Source: Paragordius varius (lineage: Eukaryota; Animalia; Nematomorpha). Taken from it: a stretch of DNA of 64,000 nucleotides. The notes under the pieces were generated by a model. That model worked only from the letters and a program-made list of their open reading frames with translations. It was not told the DNA's origin and did no database searches. Positions 28,701-40,598 of the stretch are shown here, piece by piece (positions within the stretch are counted from its first letter, which is position 1; every line of letters begins with the position of its first letter). The stretch spans positions 3,410,001 through 3,474,000 of the forward strand of contig OZ176058.1 in NCBI GenBank assembly GCA_964247055.1, in the 5' to 3' direction. The position numbers were made by a program, and so were the translations under genes.

Positions 28701-30340
28701 AGAGATGTTTGTTAGTAATGCAAATATTTATTTATTTAAAATTGTAATTTTATAGTTTTATAGTTTTATAGGAAGTTAAGGTTTGAGCACGGTATTTTGT
28801 TTTACCGTAAAAATTAAAATTATACGGACAAAAGTGTAAAAATAAGACAAATATAAAACCTTAATTTTTCTCATATTTATTTAGTTACAATCGTAACTAT
28901 AGAATTTATTGTGTTAGTTCCATATATCTATTTCACACTTTGCCATTTAAAACAATGTACATTGAAATAAATTTTGATTAAAAAAGTACGGTTGCCTTTT
29001 AGAAAAACATATTTGTCTTCATATTTTCACGTTTTGTCCGTATAATTTGAAATTTTACTGTATTCGTAAAATTCAAATTTTTTCATTAATTTTATTAATA
29101 TATATTTTTTTAAATATCATAATTAGGGGTTATAGCGTAACTTCTCCATCAAATTTTGTATCCAGAAATGCTTATGGAAATACGACAGGAATCGAAACAT
29201 ATGTAGACGAATTTGGATTTGAAAGACCCGTTTTTAATAATAATACTAACGCCACGACGAATCATAATAGTATGGATCTATATATACCATTTACACTTAA
29301 ATTCACCCTTGAATAATTCACCCTGGAACTATTCAAAATAACCCTAAAAATAAATTGTGTTTTCAGGCTAATATAACTCATCATAAACATAAATCTATGA
29401 CATAGGATATATTATTTATTAAAATATAAAAAATATAGGTAGTTATTAATATTCGAAAAAACTTACTTTATTTTAGGGTGAATCGGAATTGTTCAAGGGT
29501 GAATTTGTCTGTAAATGGTATATAAAAATATATAATAGCAAATAAGTAAACGATTTCAAACTATTTGCCATTATGATATAATAGTATTTTAGGTTCATAT
29601 TTTATATTATAAGTTTATACGGTAAAAATTGATATTATAGAGACAAAGATGTTTTAAAAGACAATTTTTTTAAAAAAATGTCATCTAATTCATAGTATAT
29701 ATTTATCAGATATACCATATCATTACAAAGGTGAAATGATAATTGAGTCTGCTAACTATTTAAATCTGTTTTCCTTATTATGCCGCCAAAATAATGAATT
29801 ATATTTAAAAAACTAAATTTAATACAATATGGATATCAATAAAAATATTTGTTTTTTTAGATTTTACGTGTTGCCTCTATAATTACAATTTATAAGGTTA
29901 AAGTACTATTAACTAATAAACTTTGTTGTTTTCCTAGCTAAGATTGGGGTCGATTTGTCCCTATTTTGCAAATTCACCCGTAAATATTATTTTAAATTCA
30001 CCCTTAAACAATTAAACCTCAACTTAAAAATAAATTATATGTTTTGAAAAGCAAAATACACTTATATTTTTTGATATTTTTATGAAGAAATTTCGTTTAA
30101 AACCTATATAATATCGAAAAAATTAAAACTATATGGAAATCTTATCAATATTGAGTTAAAATATCCCCAAAACACATAAATTATAACTAGGGGATTCCAA
30201 AATGTTTCGACGGGTAAATTAAATGGCATATTTAAATTTTTTATCTGCATTTTTTAGGGGAACCCAATAAAAATTACATTGTTCAAACCGCTGAAGGCTC
30301 TGATCCACAATCTAACATTAATACAGTTTTAGGGGAATAA
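16716..30340 (+). CDS. ~1096-aa protein: S/T/N-rich N-terminus, long central coiled coil (myosin-tail-like heptads), N/Y/G-rich low-complexity C-terminus
   Basis: Exons 16716-17118, 18481-19214, 20378-20832, 23021-23162, 23385-23513, 24060-24437, 24524-24727, 25127-25241, 25709-25786, 26252-26539, 27738-27834, 29127-29269, 29938-29979, 30258-30340. All GT-AG, phases consistent, total 3291 nt ending in TAA. Coiled-coil exons are K/E/L/Q-rich (ESELAELKSAKAALQ, LKELENETYVKELSLRDRIEELEYEL). Start ATG is inferred and the family is not recognised. Confidence 0.85.
19948..20345. repeat. Tandem array (3 full + 1 partial, ~110-120 bp units) of the MITE-A right arm
   Basis: Unit TTTAAACAAGTA(T/C)(A/G)GTTGGTTGTCTTTTGAGATAAAAAA...TTGTCCGTATAATT(A/T)CAA..TTACTGTA starts at ~19948, 20060, 20177 and 20293. 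Confidence 0.85.
21270..21760 (-). pseudogene. Probable highly decayed Penelope-like RT fragment in intron 3 of the coiled-coil gene
   Basis: Minus-strand translation across stops and frameshifts gives, in the expected order, LPK*SIPTDVKQ (cf. SFDVKSLF), QNYLFLFN*K (cf. QNYFQFNGK), YMEY (cf. YMEYFE) and LTVEKNEIDILPILD..INRDINNK (cf. FTVEKE...LPFLD..I.R). No intact YVDD motif. Confidence 0.45.
26029..26208 (-). mobile_element. Short tail + inverted-arm insertion with 12-bp target duplication (Penelope-like architecture), nested in a MITE-A
   Basis: TATTTGTCTTTT (26029-26040), 34-nt unpaired segment (26041-26074), arm 26075-26131, 11-nt spacer, inverted arm 26143-26199, TATTTGTCTTTT (26197-26208). 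A related tail+arm sequence is at ~9898-9966 and the duplicate copy is at ~44390-44565. Confidence 0.65.
26557..26903. mobile_element. MITE family B (TA-flanked, CCATTTAC...GTAAATGG termini)
   Basis: TA|CCATTTACAGTTTAAATTCACCC...GGGTGAATTCGAATTGTAAATGG|TA with repeated AATTCACCC(T/C)TGAACAATTC subterminal units. Other copies at ~1545-1790, 12846-13080, 29287-29518, 29970-30230, 33042-33270, 44947-45260, 47760-47975, 48425-48670 and 51510-51740. Confidence 0.85.
28097..28571 (-). mobile_element. Hammerhead-bearing inverted-arm insertion (Penelope-like pLTR derivative) with left arm mostly deleted
   Basis: TTTAACTTTAA at 28097-28107 and 28561-28571, 29-nt unpaired tail (28108-28136), left-arm remnant 28137-28197 that is the reverse complement of ~28505-28566. 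Complete version in the duplicate at 46390-47089. Confidence 0.65.
28364..28451 (+). ncRNA. Minimal type-I hammerhead ribozyme
   Basis: Stem I GTGTGA (28387-92)/TCACAC (28425-30), core CTGATGA (28393-99), stem II GTCC-acaacaa-GGAC, GAAA (28415-18), palindromic minimal stem III ACGCGT, GUC cleavage triplet ending at 28424. Stem I extends via CAGTGTTTA/TAAACACTG and CGTGTT/GACACG. Confidence 0.92.
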
Positions 30341-32482
30341 TTTTTCAAAACGCATTTCAATTTTTTAGTTTTCAAAATTCATATTAATTTTGATATATAT
30401 TATACCAATTTTTATTTTAATACTCGCATTTAGACAATTGATTTTTAATAACTATTTTTTATTACTAATAGTTTATTTAGAATTTGGTAAAAATTATATT
30501 TTATTACATTTTGTGTTTTATAGTACTTAGAGTTAATATATATTTATATTGAATTTTGAAATATTTTTAAAAATACAGTATGTACATTTATTCGGGCTAA
30601 TTCACAGTATAGTTGAATCTATTGACAACACAGAAGTGTATGGAAGAATATGTACAAAATGTTGTGATTAAACAATTTTTTCCAATCTTACATAACTTTG
30701 TTTTATTTGATTATGGACAACATTTGTTTTATGACACACGCTCCTGTATTACTAATTGGTTAACAATACTGTGAATAAGCCTGGATAAATAAGCAAATCA
30801 TGATATTTATTTATAATAATTCTATCCGGTTTTTGTGCAAAACTTATTTTTTATTTTATACATTCAAATAAATAAATATTAACATTTTTTACGATGAAGC
30901 ATATTAAAAAATTTAAATTTACAACGTCTACAATGGTAAAATTAATATTATACAGACATATAAAACTTAATGACAATAATTTGTAAAAAAGACAACTATA
31001 TTTTAATGAAAGTTAATTATTCTGACAATGAACCATTAAATTACATTGTAACGGACACTTAAACCTATATTTCCCATTTTGCGACAAATAGTAAGTTTTT
31101 CATTAAAATATGGTTGGTTGTCTTCAAAAAAAGTATTTGTCTTTTAGTTTTTACGTTGTGTCTTTAAGTTTTTATTTAATGTATTATTATAACAACTTTT
31201 AATATTTGAATCATGCCCTGTAAAGTTTTTTTGATATTCGGCCAACTCGTAAAAGTTGATCAATAAAATGAATAAACGACATATATATGTTGGCAACATA
31301 TATCATTAACTCACTAAACTTTCTTTAATTGTCGCGTTGACATTTTGGGGTAGTTTTTTACCTAAGATCTTTATTTAGTAAACAATATTAACCTTGTTTT
31401 GTTTTAAATTTAATTATCAAACCCCATTCTCCTGCATTAGTTAGACAATCTTATAGTTTTTAACTTCATCTAGAGTCCAAATTCAGATAATTCCAAATCA
31501 CGACTGGGCAAACAGCTGAAGTAAATTAATAAATATCGATTGCTGGTAGATTGTAATCTAAAAATTTCCAAATTTAATTGTTTATAATTATATGGCGGCG
31601 AACAGAGATATGATTTTTTTAAGATACTTTTTAAATTACACCCTTAAAACGCTAAAAAATATTTTGTTAAATTTGGCTTTATGCTAATAGTGTATTTTAT
31701 GACATATAAAAATTATATAGCTTTGAATCTTAAAACAACCTAAAAGGTCGTGTGTTGAAATTGAAGTTTTAATTATTTTATATTATGTGAATAGTTTTTA
31801 GCCATTAGTAAATGTAGATATCAGCCAACAGTTTGAGTAAGCTGAAATATTTAAATATTTTACATTTTAGTGTACCAAATTGTTAAAAACTTCGTTAAGT
31901 TGCAAAAAAAAACTCTTCCAAGAAATTTAAAGAAATGCTTTAATAAAATCGTACACTTTTCCAAAATATTACCAGAAGCAACATTTATATTGAATAAATT
32001 GGGAAATATATAATTTGTTTTTACAGCTTGCATTTACAAAATAATTATAAATTAAGTTTTCGTTGTAAACTGAAAAAAACTGACTTTGGAGATATATTTC
32101 TGATAATAACAGCCTGCCGTTTAAGATATTCTAGTAACCCGCTTTGTATAACTAGGAATTGCTGAGTCATTTAAACAGAATTTTATCACCTTATATAAAA
32201 ACAAATGAGATTTAGAAGACAAAATCAGCTATGTCAACACAAGTGCAAATAGTAGCTCTGCCTATTACAAACAATTTCTTATAATTGAACGTTAAAAATT
32301 TATAACAATTATTATATTATATAGAATATGAAGATTTTTTCGAAGAAAAAATCATTTTAAAAGAATATTATTGCTTTGTTAACGGTATACTAATCATCAG
32401 CTTAAAAAAAGTATATAAAGACGAGAGAAATCTAAACTGCCACAATTAATAATTTTGCATTTTTTATCACTCAAAAACAAAA

Positions 32483-34659
32483 ATGAATGTTAATTTGGGT
32501 TTTTTAACCTACGCTATCCTATTCAGTCTTTTTGCCCTTTTTACTGTTAAATGTGAAATCAAAGAATCCGATAAACCTGCGGCAGTCGAAGCCTGTGTCA
32601 AACATTATTCAACGTAAGTCCTTACAAGTCAATAGTTAGAGTTTTTTGAAAAAAAATATAAAAATTTAAGGGTAATTATTATTTTTATGATTAAAAGACA
32701 ACCCCACCATACTTTTTAATATTTAAATTTTTACTTACAGAGTTATGTATCCTTTATTTTATCAAAAATCTAATTTTTTTCCCCCTTAAATGGGTATAAA
32801 TATTTGGTAAATGATGGAAAAAACAAGAGTTCTATGGTATTTCTTATACTTTTTCGATGAAAATGATATTTGCTCTTGTTTTTTCCATTCTTTGCCAATA
32901 TTTATATCCATTTGATGAAAAAAATAAATTATTGATAAAATAAAGGATACATGGTATATACATGGAAAATTGACGGACAAAACGTAAATATATAAAGGCA
33001 AATATTTTTATCTAATAGACAATCATACTTTTTTACAGATAGCATTTACAGTAATTCACACTCGAACAATTCAAATTCCTAAAATAAGTTATGTCTTTTT
33101 AACGCTTTATTTTGAAATATTTTTAAAAAAAGAAATTTGTTTAAATAATGCTGAAAAAATAATAAACTATGTAGTAAAAATATACTAAAATTAATAATGA
33201 TCCCGAAAACACATAATTTATTTTTAGGGGGAATTTGAATTGTTCAAGGGCCAATTTGAATTGTAAATGGTATATAAAGTTTCCCATTTATAATTTTACA
33301 AATATAAACTCTATTTCATAATTTGCAATTATAAACAATTATTTATATTTCAGCAATCTGAGGTTTAAAAAGTTTAATCTTTAAAAAAAATATATGTCTT
33401 TAATTTTTACGCCTTATCCGTATTTAATATTAATTTTATTGTAAATTAGTGTGGTACTCACTAAAATTTTTAAAGGGCGGAAAAATTATATTTTAATCTT
33501 GTCTCAAGAGCTGTGGACAATATAATATGGGGATAAAATTTTATAGTTGTTTAATAACACATTCGTAGATGTTTATACTCAATAATAAATATCCATAAAT
33601 TTCTATAAAAAAGGCCCTATGCGGCCAGTGGGCCGCGGTTTGAGTAAAACTAATTATTTTAATTTTATACGCTTACAAAGTCTCCTGAGAAAGAGATATA
33701 TAATTGCATATAAATAATCCTTGAAATAAACGGAAGAATTAAAAATGTTGAGTTTATCAATTTTTTACGTATTTTTATTACGTATGTATGTAGATTTGGA
33801 TTCGGTAAACCTAAAATGTGCGCTAAGAATGCTGCCCGGTCAGCTTCCGAAAGACAATTTAAAAAGGTTGGAGGACTTAACAAGCAATGGACTTGTTTAA
33901 AAGATCCCCTTGGTTTAAAGAAAAAAATGTGCATGTGTGGAAAGTATATAATTTGTTCATATTTTTTATACAGTTCATAAAAAAAACTATTAAAAAAATG
34001 AAGTAAAAATATATGAGCTAGTGTCGTCTACATTTTTAGACTTAATAAATTTCTCTAGCAAAGATAAAATGTTTAATGATTGATTAATTGAGGATTATGT
34101 TTCATGGTCCCCATAATTATAAACTATAAGTGAAATGTTAAAATTACTTGCTACCTATAAACTTTTAAAATCTTTTTTTTGGGAACCTAAGGTAAAAATT
34201 GTATCCATAACATAATCCTTAAATAGTAAAAGAATGTCGCATTCGTTAAAAAATATCATGGATTTTACATTAAAAGCAACTCTTTTATATATTTTTTTGA
34301 ATTAATAGTTTTTTTTTATTATTTAAGCTATGTTAATTTAATGATTCAACTAATAATTAAGTTTAAGTAAAGGATTTAATCTTGTTATTGCTTTGATAAT
34401 GAAAAAATCTTTCCATTTCTGTAAGTTATTGAGTAAAAAAAAATTGTCCTTTTAAAGGAAACGTATTTTAAGTCGATATACTAGGCATAGATGAATTTTC
34501 TGTCTGTTTAACGGTTTAATTTATAGGCAAACAAATATTCTTATTTTAACATCTTTAATTAATTTGAGTAAATTAATTAATAATTCATACTTTTAATAAT
34601 TACTATTTAGGAGTTCGAACCCGCGTGAATCTGATTTTATAGAAGTGCACGAATGTTAA
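32483..34659 (+). CDS. Small secreted, basic, Cys-rich protein (~109-112 aa), paralog a
   Basis: Exons 32483-32613 (GTAAGT donor), possible 9-nt microexon 33354-33362, 33794-33943, 34611-34659 (TAA). Protein: MNVNLGFLTYAILFSLFALFTVKC|EIKESDKPAAVEACVKHYST(NL)RFGFGKPKMCAKNAARSASERQFKKVGGLNKQWTCLKDPLGLKKKMCMCGKSSNPRESDFIEVHEC. Hydrophobic signal-peptide-like N-terminus and 6 Cys in the predicted mature part; structure conserved in the paralog. Confidence 0.8.
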
Positions 34660-35085
34660 CTATGAAAAGCACTGCAAGAACTCATTAGCCATTTTTTTTA
34701 GTTTTTTCATCATCAATTACATTTCTTATTCATATTTAGTTTATCGAATTATATAAATTATTTAAATAAATAAATTTACAGTAAAAATTAAATTTATACA
34801 CACAACACATAAAAAACAATACTTTTTTATAACAGAATTTAAATAAATCTTATCATTTTTGCAATTATAATTCAGCTAAAATTGATAAATTTGTTAGAGT
34901 ACACTTCCGATTACTACAAGTAATCTATGTCAAACTTTAATAATAAAACTAAAAATTAAAGTGCGAATTACAAATATTTAATACTTCGATAATTGGGGTA
35001 TATAAATAATCCAACTTAATTTAAATTCATATTTTCAAAAAACTACCCAGGGTCCCAATTTAAAATCATGCTTCTCTCCTGATAA

Positions 35086-35454
35086 TATCCTCAGTCAGAT
35101 CAGCCTACAGAAAATTTGTCCATGAAATCCTGCAAAATGTCTAATATTAACTACGCTGTGTCATTCATTCGCTCATTCAATACAACCAAAATATTAAAAA
35201 TTATAAATCAAACAATTTATTACAAATTGCCAAATGTAAAGTGAAAAAAAAGTGTAGCATAATAAATGAAACAAATTATAAAATATTATGGGGAAATGTA
35301 TAAGTACAAAGGTATGAGTGTAAAAGAATTATTGCACCAAGCGATTCGCTCTGCTTCTCACGTTTGAAAGTATAAAAATTACTTTTCGAATATACCATTA
35401 TATTGGCTGATTCAAATTCCAAAATTGCATCTTAAATAAAAACGAAATTATTAT
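35086..35454 (+). mobile_element. 5'-truncated 3'-end copy of the RTE-like LINE
   Basis: Matches 55000-55403 and 36693-37165, ends at the same AAACGAAATTATTAT terminus, and is absent at the equivalent position of duplicate copy 2 (~53540-53610). Confidence 0.65.
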
Positions 35455-36229
35455 CATGTCAGACTACTTCGACGCCATTTATACAATATTTGCAAAATAA
35501 CGTGTTCATTTAATTTTAAAAGTAAAATTAAAGCTTATTTTTTATTTAAATTACATCTAACGTTGATAAAAATAAAAAAGTGGTTTATTTGTATTAATTT
35601 TCAATTTAGCCAATGCACACATGTTACGTTGACTAAATTTTTACCTCTTTGGGTTTCGCCCAGGGCTTGAAACCTGTTCAAAAAAAGCGGAACTGAAACC
35701 GGGTCGATACCGCGTTGTTTCTTAAGAATTTAATAGGGAACTTAAACCGGGGTGATTCCTAAAAAATTTATCAACCTGTTCTTTACTTTTAGAATTGGTT
35801 CCATTTTCGGTTCCTGACTTTTGATTAGTTGATTTACTTCAAAAATATCACAATATTAATAATAATAATACAACGAGAGGGATGTAATATGAAGTGTGGG
35901 ATATTTATGATGGATTAATAAAGAAGTTCTGTTGTTTGTTATGCGTTAAATGTTTAGGATAAAGCATGCTAGTTTAAGATAGGTATTAAAAAACTGTAGA
36001 TATATTTAAATGAGGTTATTGTGCTCGTCATTGAGAATGATAAAAAAATCATTTCATAAAATCATCAAAGCAAAATTTAAAGGGTAGGGCATGGCTTTCC
36101 CTTTATCTAAAAATATAGGAATAAAAATAGTATTAAGTAAAAAACGTTAAAACGGATATAATTTCATGGCAAAAACAAAAGTCATATCAAATGACGCCAC
36201 ATGCTGACAATCAAAATGGGCTAACACTG

Positions 36230-37165
36230 TATAGAAACATTAGACAACTATATATATATTTAGGAGTCAAAATTAATAATCCTAAAATTAAACAAAGATT
36301 AGCCATATCCAGGGCTAAAATGAAATCAAATCGCAAGATATGGTCTTCACGAAAAATACCAAAACTACCCCCCAAAAAAATTTAATACAATAATATTCCC
36401 AAACGCAACCTATAGCTGTAAAAGCTGTTGGGTATGCAAAAATTCTGACCAAACAAACTATACAAGCTTTTAGGCAAACTTGTTGGAGAATGCTACTTGG
36501 TAGAAAAATGGACAGACAAACTCACTAATAAATGAATCAACCCTAAGATTACATTACTTCAAATGATAACATAATCCACGATAACAAATTGGAAATCATT
36601 CTTGCTTGGTAGAAGGTAAATTTAAAAGACTCAGAAGATGGTCAAAACAATTAACAGATGACACCCACCTTACAATCTCCAATCTGATCAATTTATCCTC
36701 AGACAAATCAGTCTACAGAAAATTTGTCTATGAAAGTCTTGCAAAAAAGTATAATATTAACTACGCTGTTTGGGGAACATATTTTGATTGTTGAAAACAT
36801 TATTTAATTGTTGAAAATATATGTTTGATTGTTGGAAACGCTCGTTCGATACAACCAAAATATTAACAATTATAAATCAAACAATTTATTATAAAGTGCC
36901 AGTTGTATAATCAAAAAAATATAGTGTAGCATAATAAATGAAACAAATTATAAAAAATATTATAGGGTCAAATGTATAAGTACAAAGATATATCATGTAT
37001 AGTATCTAAAAAAATCTTTATTTAATTTTAAATTTAAAAAATTATTGCACCAAGCAATTAGTGCTTCTCACGTTTGAAAATATAAAATTAAATTTTCCAA
37101 TATTCCATTATATTGGCTGATTCAAATTCCAAAATTATTGCATCTTAAATAAAAACAAAATTATT
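36230..37165 (+). mobile_element. Decayed RTE-clade non-LTR retrotransposon, 3' fragment
   Basis: Frameshifted translation KQRLAISRAKMKSNRKIWSSRKI...YSCKSCW...QAFRQTCWRMLL...LVEGKFKRLRRWSKQLTDDTHLTISNLINLSSDKSVYRKFV matches the post-RT C-terminus of RTE ORFs (RIAMAR...KIWKSRKI...FPI.TYGCESW...AFEMWCWRR...VEGKR.RGR). Confidence 0.75.
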
Positions 37166-39487
37166 CTAATATTCTGTTTTCTATAATATCTAAAGGTTTT
37201 TTTTTCAAATATTAATCGTAAAAGAGTCAAGTATGGTTAAATTGGGTACCTAAAATAAAATAATAAACATTAAATTAATAATTATTTGATTAAAAAAAAT
37301 CAGTTATTATATATATATATCACATAATTGCAATTTATTAAATAAATAATTTTTTATAACCATAGTTTGTTATTTAGTTTTAAATTTTTTAAATAATTTT
37401 TTAAAAATAATTAAATAAAATTATACCTCATTATCCAAATTTTTATTATAGATATTGTTGGTTTTTAATTCCCTCATATGATGTGATCGTATTCACCTTC
37501 ATAAGCTTGTATTAGCTAACACATGTTCGACAAATCGCAAAGGTGGCGAATATATTACTGAGGTATTTTTGAAATATTAAAATATTAATTTTAAATATAT
37601 AAAAATTAATAAATAAAAATTTATTATATTATTCATTATTATACATTTGAATATTTTTGAAAATAAAAGATATAAATTACAAAAATGAAACAATTATAAA
37701 ACTTATAAAAATATCAAAATAAATAATTAAAAATTATTTGAAAAACATTTAAAATATTATAATAATAAATATTAAAATAATGTTTTATTATATATACATA
37801 TATGAATATTTTATTTATACATTTAAGCTCTTGTAAGTTAAACTCTATTATATGTTTATAATAAAAATTCCAAAAAAAATAAAATTATTCATTAAAACTG
37901 TTAAAAATAAACGATATCTATAAAAGGAAAATTAAAAATGTAAATATTTATTTATATTAAAAATTAAAATTTAATTAAAAAAATTATTTTTAATAATAAT
38001 CAAAATTTTAAACCTACAAGTCGTATCAAATTATAATTATAGTTAGGGCATATCGACCTAAATATTTATAAAAATTAAATATTAAAAGTTAATTAAGTAT
38101 TTTTACAAATTTATATATCAAATAATTGAGACGAATATCTTATAAAAGACGATACTGTTTCTCAAACCTTGATTTTTTAACATAAAACTATTTAATTATT
38201 ATATATATATGTATATTAAATTCTCAATTAACACCAAACCGATAAAGTAACATTAAATTTAAAATTTCATCTTTTTATTCCAACTTTTTATATAATACAA
38301 ATTAATATTTTTTACACATATATACTGATTTTAAAAAAATTAATTATTAATTAAAAATAAGAATTGAAAATAAATACCAATTTGGTACACACTTTTGTGC
38401 GTTTGAAGCAAAATCTCCATCTGCTTATTCAGGTAAAAGACGGCATTGAAAAATCTATAATTTTAAATGGTTTTAGATATAAAAAAAGTTAAAGTAAAAT
38501 AATAATCCACTGTTCTTGTGAGTCGCAAATTATGGAATTTATATGTCAATTATTAAGGTACTCATCCCGTTAAATAATTCAAATTTCTAATTTTATATAG
38601 TTAATATAAATGAAATTAATCAAAATTTAAAAAACGTAGAGTTGCCTTTAAAATATTGTGTTTTATAGATTTTGTATGTACAATGTTCATTTTTACTTTT
38701 AACTGATCGCTCTGGAATAAAATATGGATTTTGAATATTAAATTCTAAAAAACTTATAAAAATAAGAGAATTTTTATCTAACGTACTGTGGTATATTATA
38801 GAATATAAAAGATTATTTTACAAAAAGTATCGATTTCAAACAAAAAAAGAATAATCAAAGTGTTTCCTAAAAATCTAAATTTAAGTAATAAAAAACTAAC
38901 CTGAGGTGTTTCAATTGAAATTTTTTGATTTTATGCATGTGTGGGTATCATATAAAAAAGATAGGATAAATTTTTAAATAAAGTTAATCTAAAAGCATTA
39001 TTTTATTGACTAATTACGATATATGAAAGTTAATTTTGACAACATTACTAAATTTCAAATAAAATCATGGCTCGCATTTTGATCACACTTAAATCGTATG
39101 AAAATTTTATATTAGTAAAAACTTCTTATGTAAACTTTTCCTAATACTATTTATTTTACTTGGACTATTACCAGTTAATTAGTTTAGTATAAAATTAATC
39201 ATGTGTAAGCTTACTATTATTATATTGATAAGGGGTACAATCAAGCATAAGCGATTTAACATAATGAATATTCTGGTAAAATTATGATGAATATGCCAAA
39301 ACTTAAATACAAAATGTCTTTTTGTTAAAAACCGTATTCAAATATAAATTATAAGTTGGTCTTATTAATTATCTTATAATATCACTTCTCCAGGCCAGAT
39401 TTTTAAAATAATTATAAAATGCAAGACTGGAAATTTTAAAGAATTTGTTTTAAGATTAAGGAAATAAAGGTTACCGAAGGGCATTGT

Positions 39488-39590
39488 GGTGAGTCTCGAC
39501 CTGCTTCGCAGCCCAAGAAAGTCCTGCGGAGTTAAGGAAAGAATCAATACCAATCCTGCATTTAAGCCTTAACTCTCAATCTCGAAATCT
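39488..39590. repeat. Degenerate copy of the GC-rich double-hairpin repeat
   Basis: GTCTCGACCTGCTTCGCAGCCCAAGAAAGTCCTGCGGAGTT...CCAATCC...CTCGAAA aligns with the 61031 and 61994 copies. Confidence 0.65.
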
Positions 39591-40202
39591 TTAACTATCA
39601 TTTCATAAATTTTTTACTCATATTGATTAAATTTAATTTAATTTTATTTTAAATTTTAAATAATCAGTGGTGTTGTCGTGGAATTCTTTGGTACATTTAA
39701 TTCTATTATATTTGAGCAATAATTACAAATTAAAAAAAATAGTCTATTTGTTGGATTCTTTGGTATATTTAGAGTTTATATTACTAAATTTCATTAACTT
39801 AAATAATCAAATAAACGAAGCATCAATTACTTTTTGGCAAAGAGGACTTTCCAGAAATAATATAATAAAAGTAGTAAATACGGGATTTAGTTTTATAATT
39901 ATTAGATGATGAATAATTTTTATAGCCTTTCATATATTTAACGATCTCGCTTCGCGTGTTTGTGGCTTTCTATCTCCAATATTAACTATCGATATGAAAC
40001 ATATTTATTTCCTTTCGAATGATATATTACAAATGGGCATTTGTTGTATATTTTAAAATAAAAATAATTTTTGGTAAGATTTTCATAAAGAGGACTTATA
40101 ATCCTAAAAATTAAAATACATAAAATTATTAGGTAGAATCATAATTATTCAGATTTACTGTTAATTAAATAGTTACTATCAGAAAATGCATAAAACTCGA
40201 GT

Positions 40203-40243
<41 letters not shown>

Positions 40244-40598
40244 AGGCCTATAACTAAAGCCAAACTATTAAAAGAGGGCTTAAAATGTATATCCGGCCTC
40301 AGTTAAAAAGTATTGGCGCTTAGAAAATTGATAATGGTTTCTTACAAAACTATTTCGGGTTACAGAATTATCTTTATTAGATAATCACGCAAACTTCAGA
40401 AAAAATTTCACAAAATTTATACAATATAGGAATGATTTAATTAAAAAGAGTTATATATTACCATAATAGATCAAAATTAAAAAAATGAAGATAGATCAAT
40501 TAATATAGTTAGCGCTTAAACCCTATCTTTTGAAGTTTTTTGATCTGATATAAGGTGTCAAAAACAAAAATTTAAATATTTTATGTATTATATGATAG

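Larger units (their letters stand above)
22515..37170 (+). repeat. Tandem segmental duplication, copy 1 (partner ~39940-55400)
   Basis: Colinear similarity from CTCTCGCTTCGCG (22520 vs 39946) to AAATAAAAAC(A/G)AAATTATT (37165 vs 55403). Exons are near-identical while introns carry many indels. Confidence 0.92.

Noticed and set aside
31395-31565. Myb/SANT-like snippet (WTLDEVK...CLTNAGEWGL) on the minus strand
   Set aside because: Needs a frameshift, has stops in both duplicates, and has an indel between copies.
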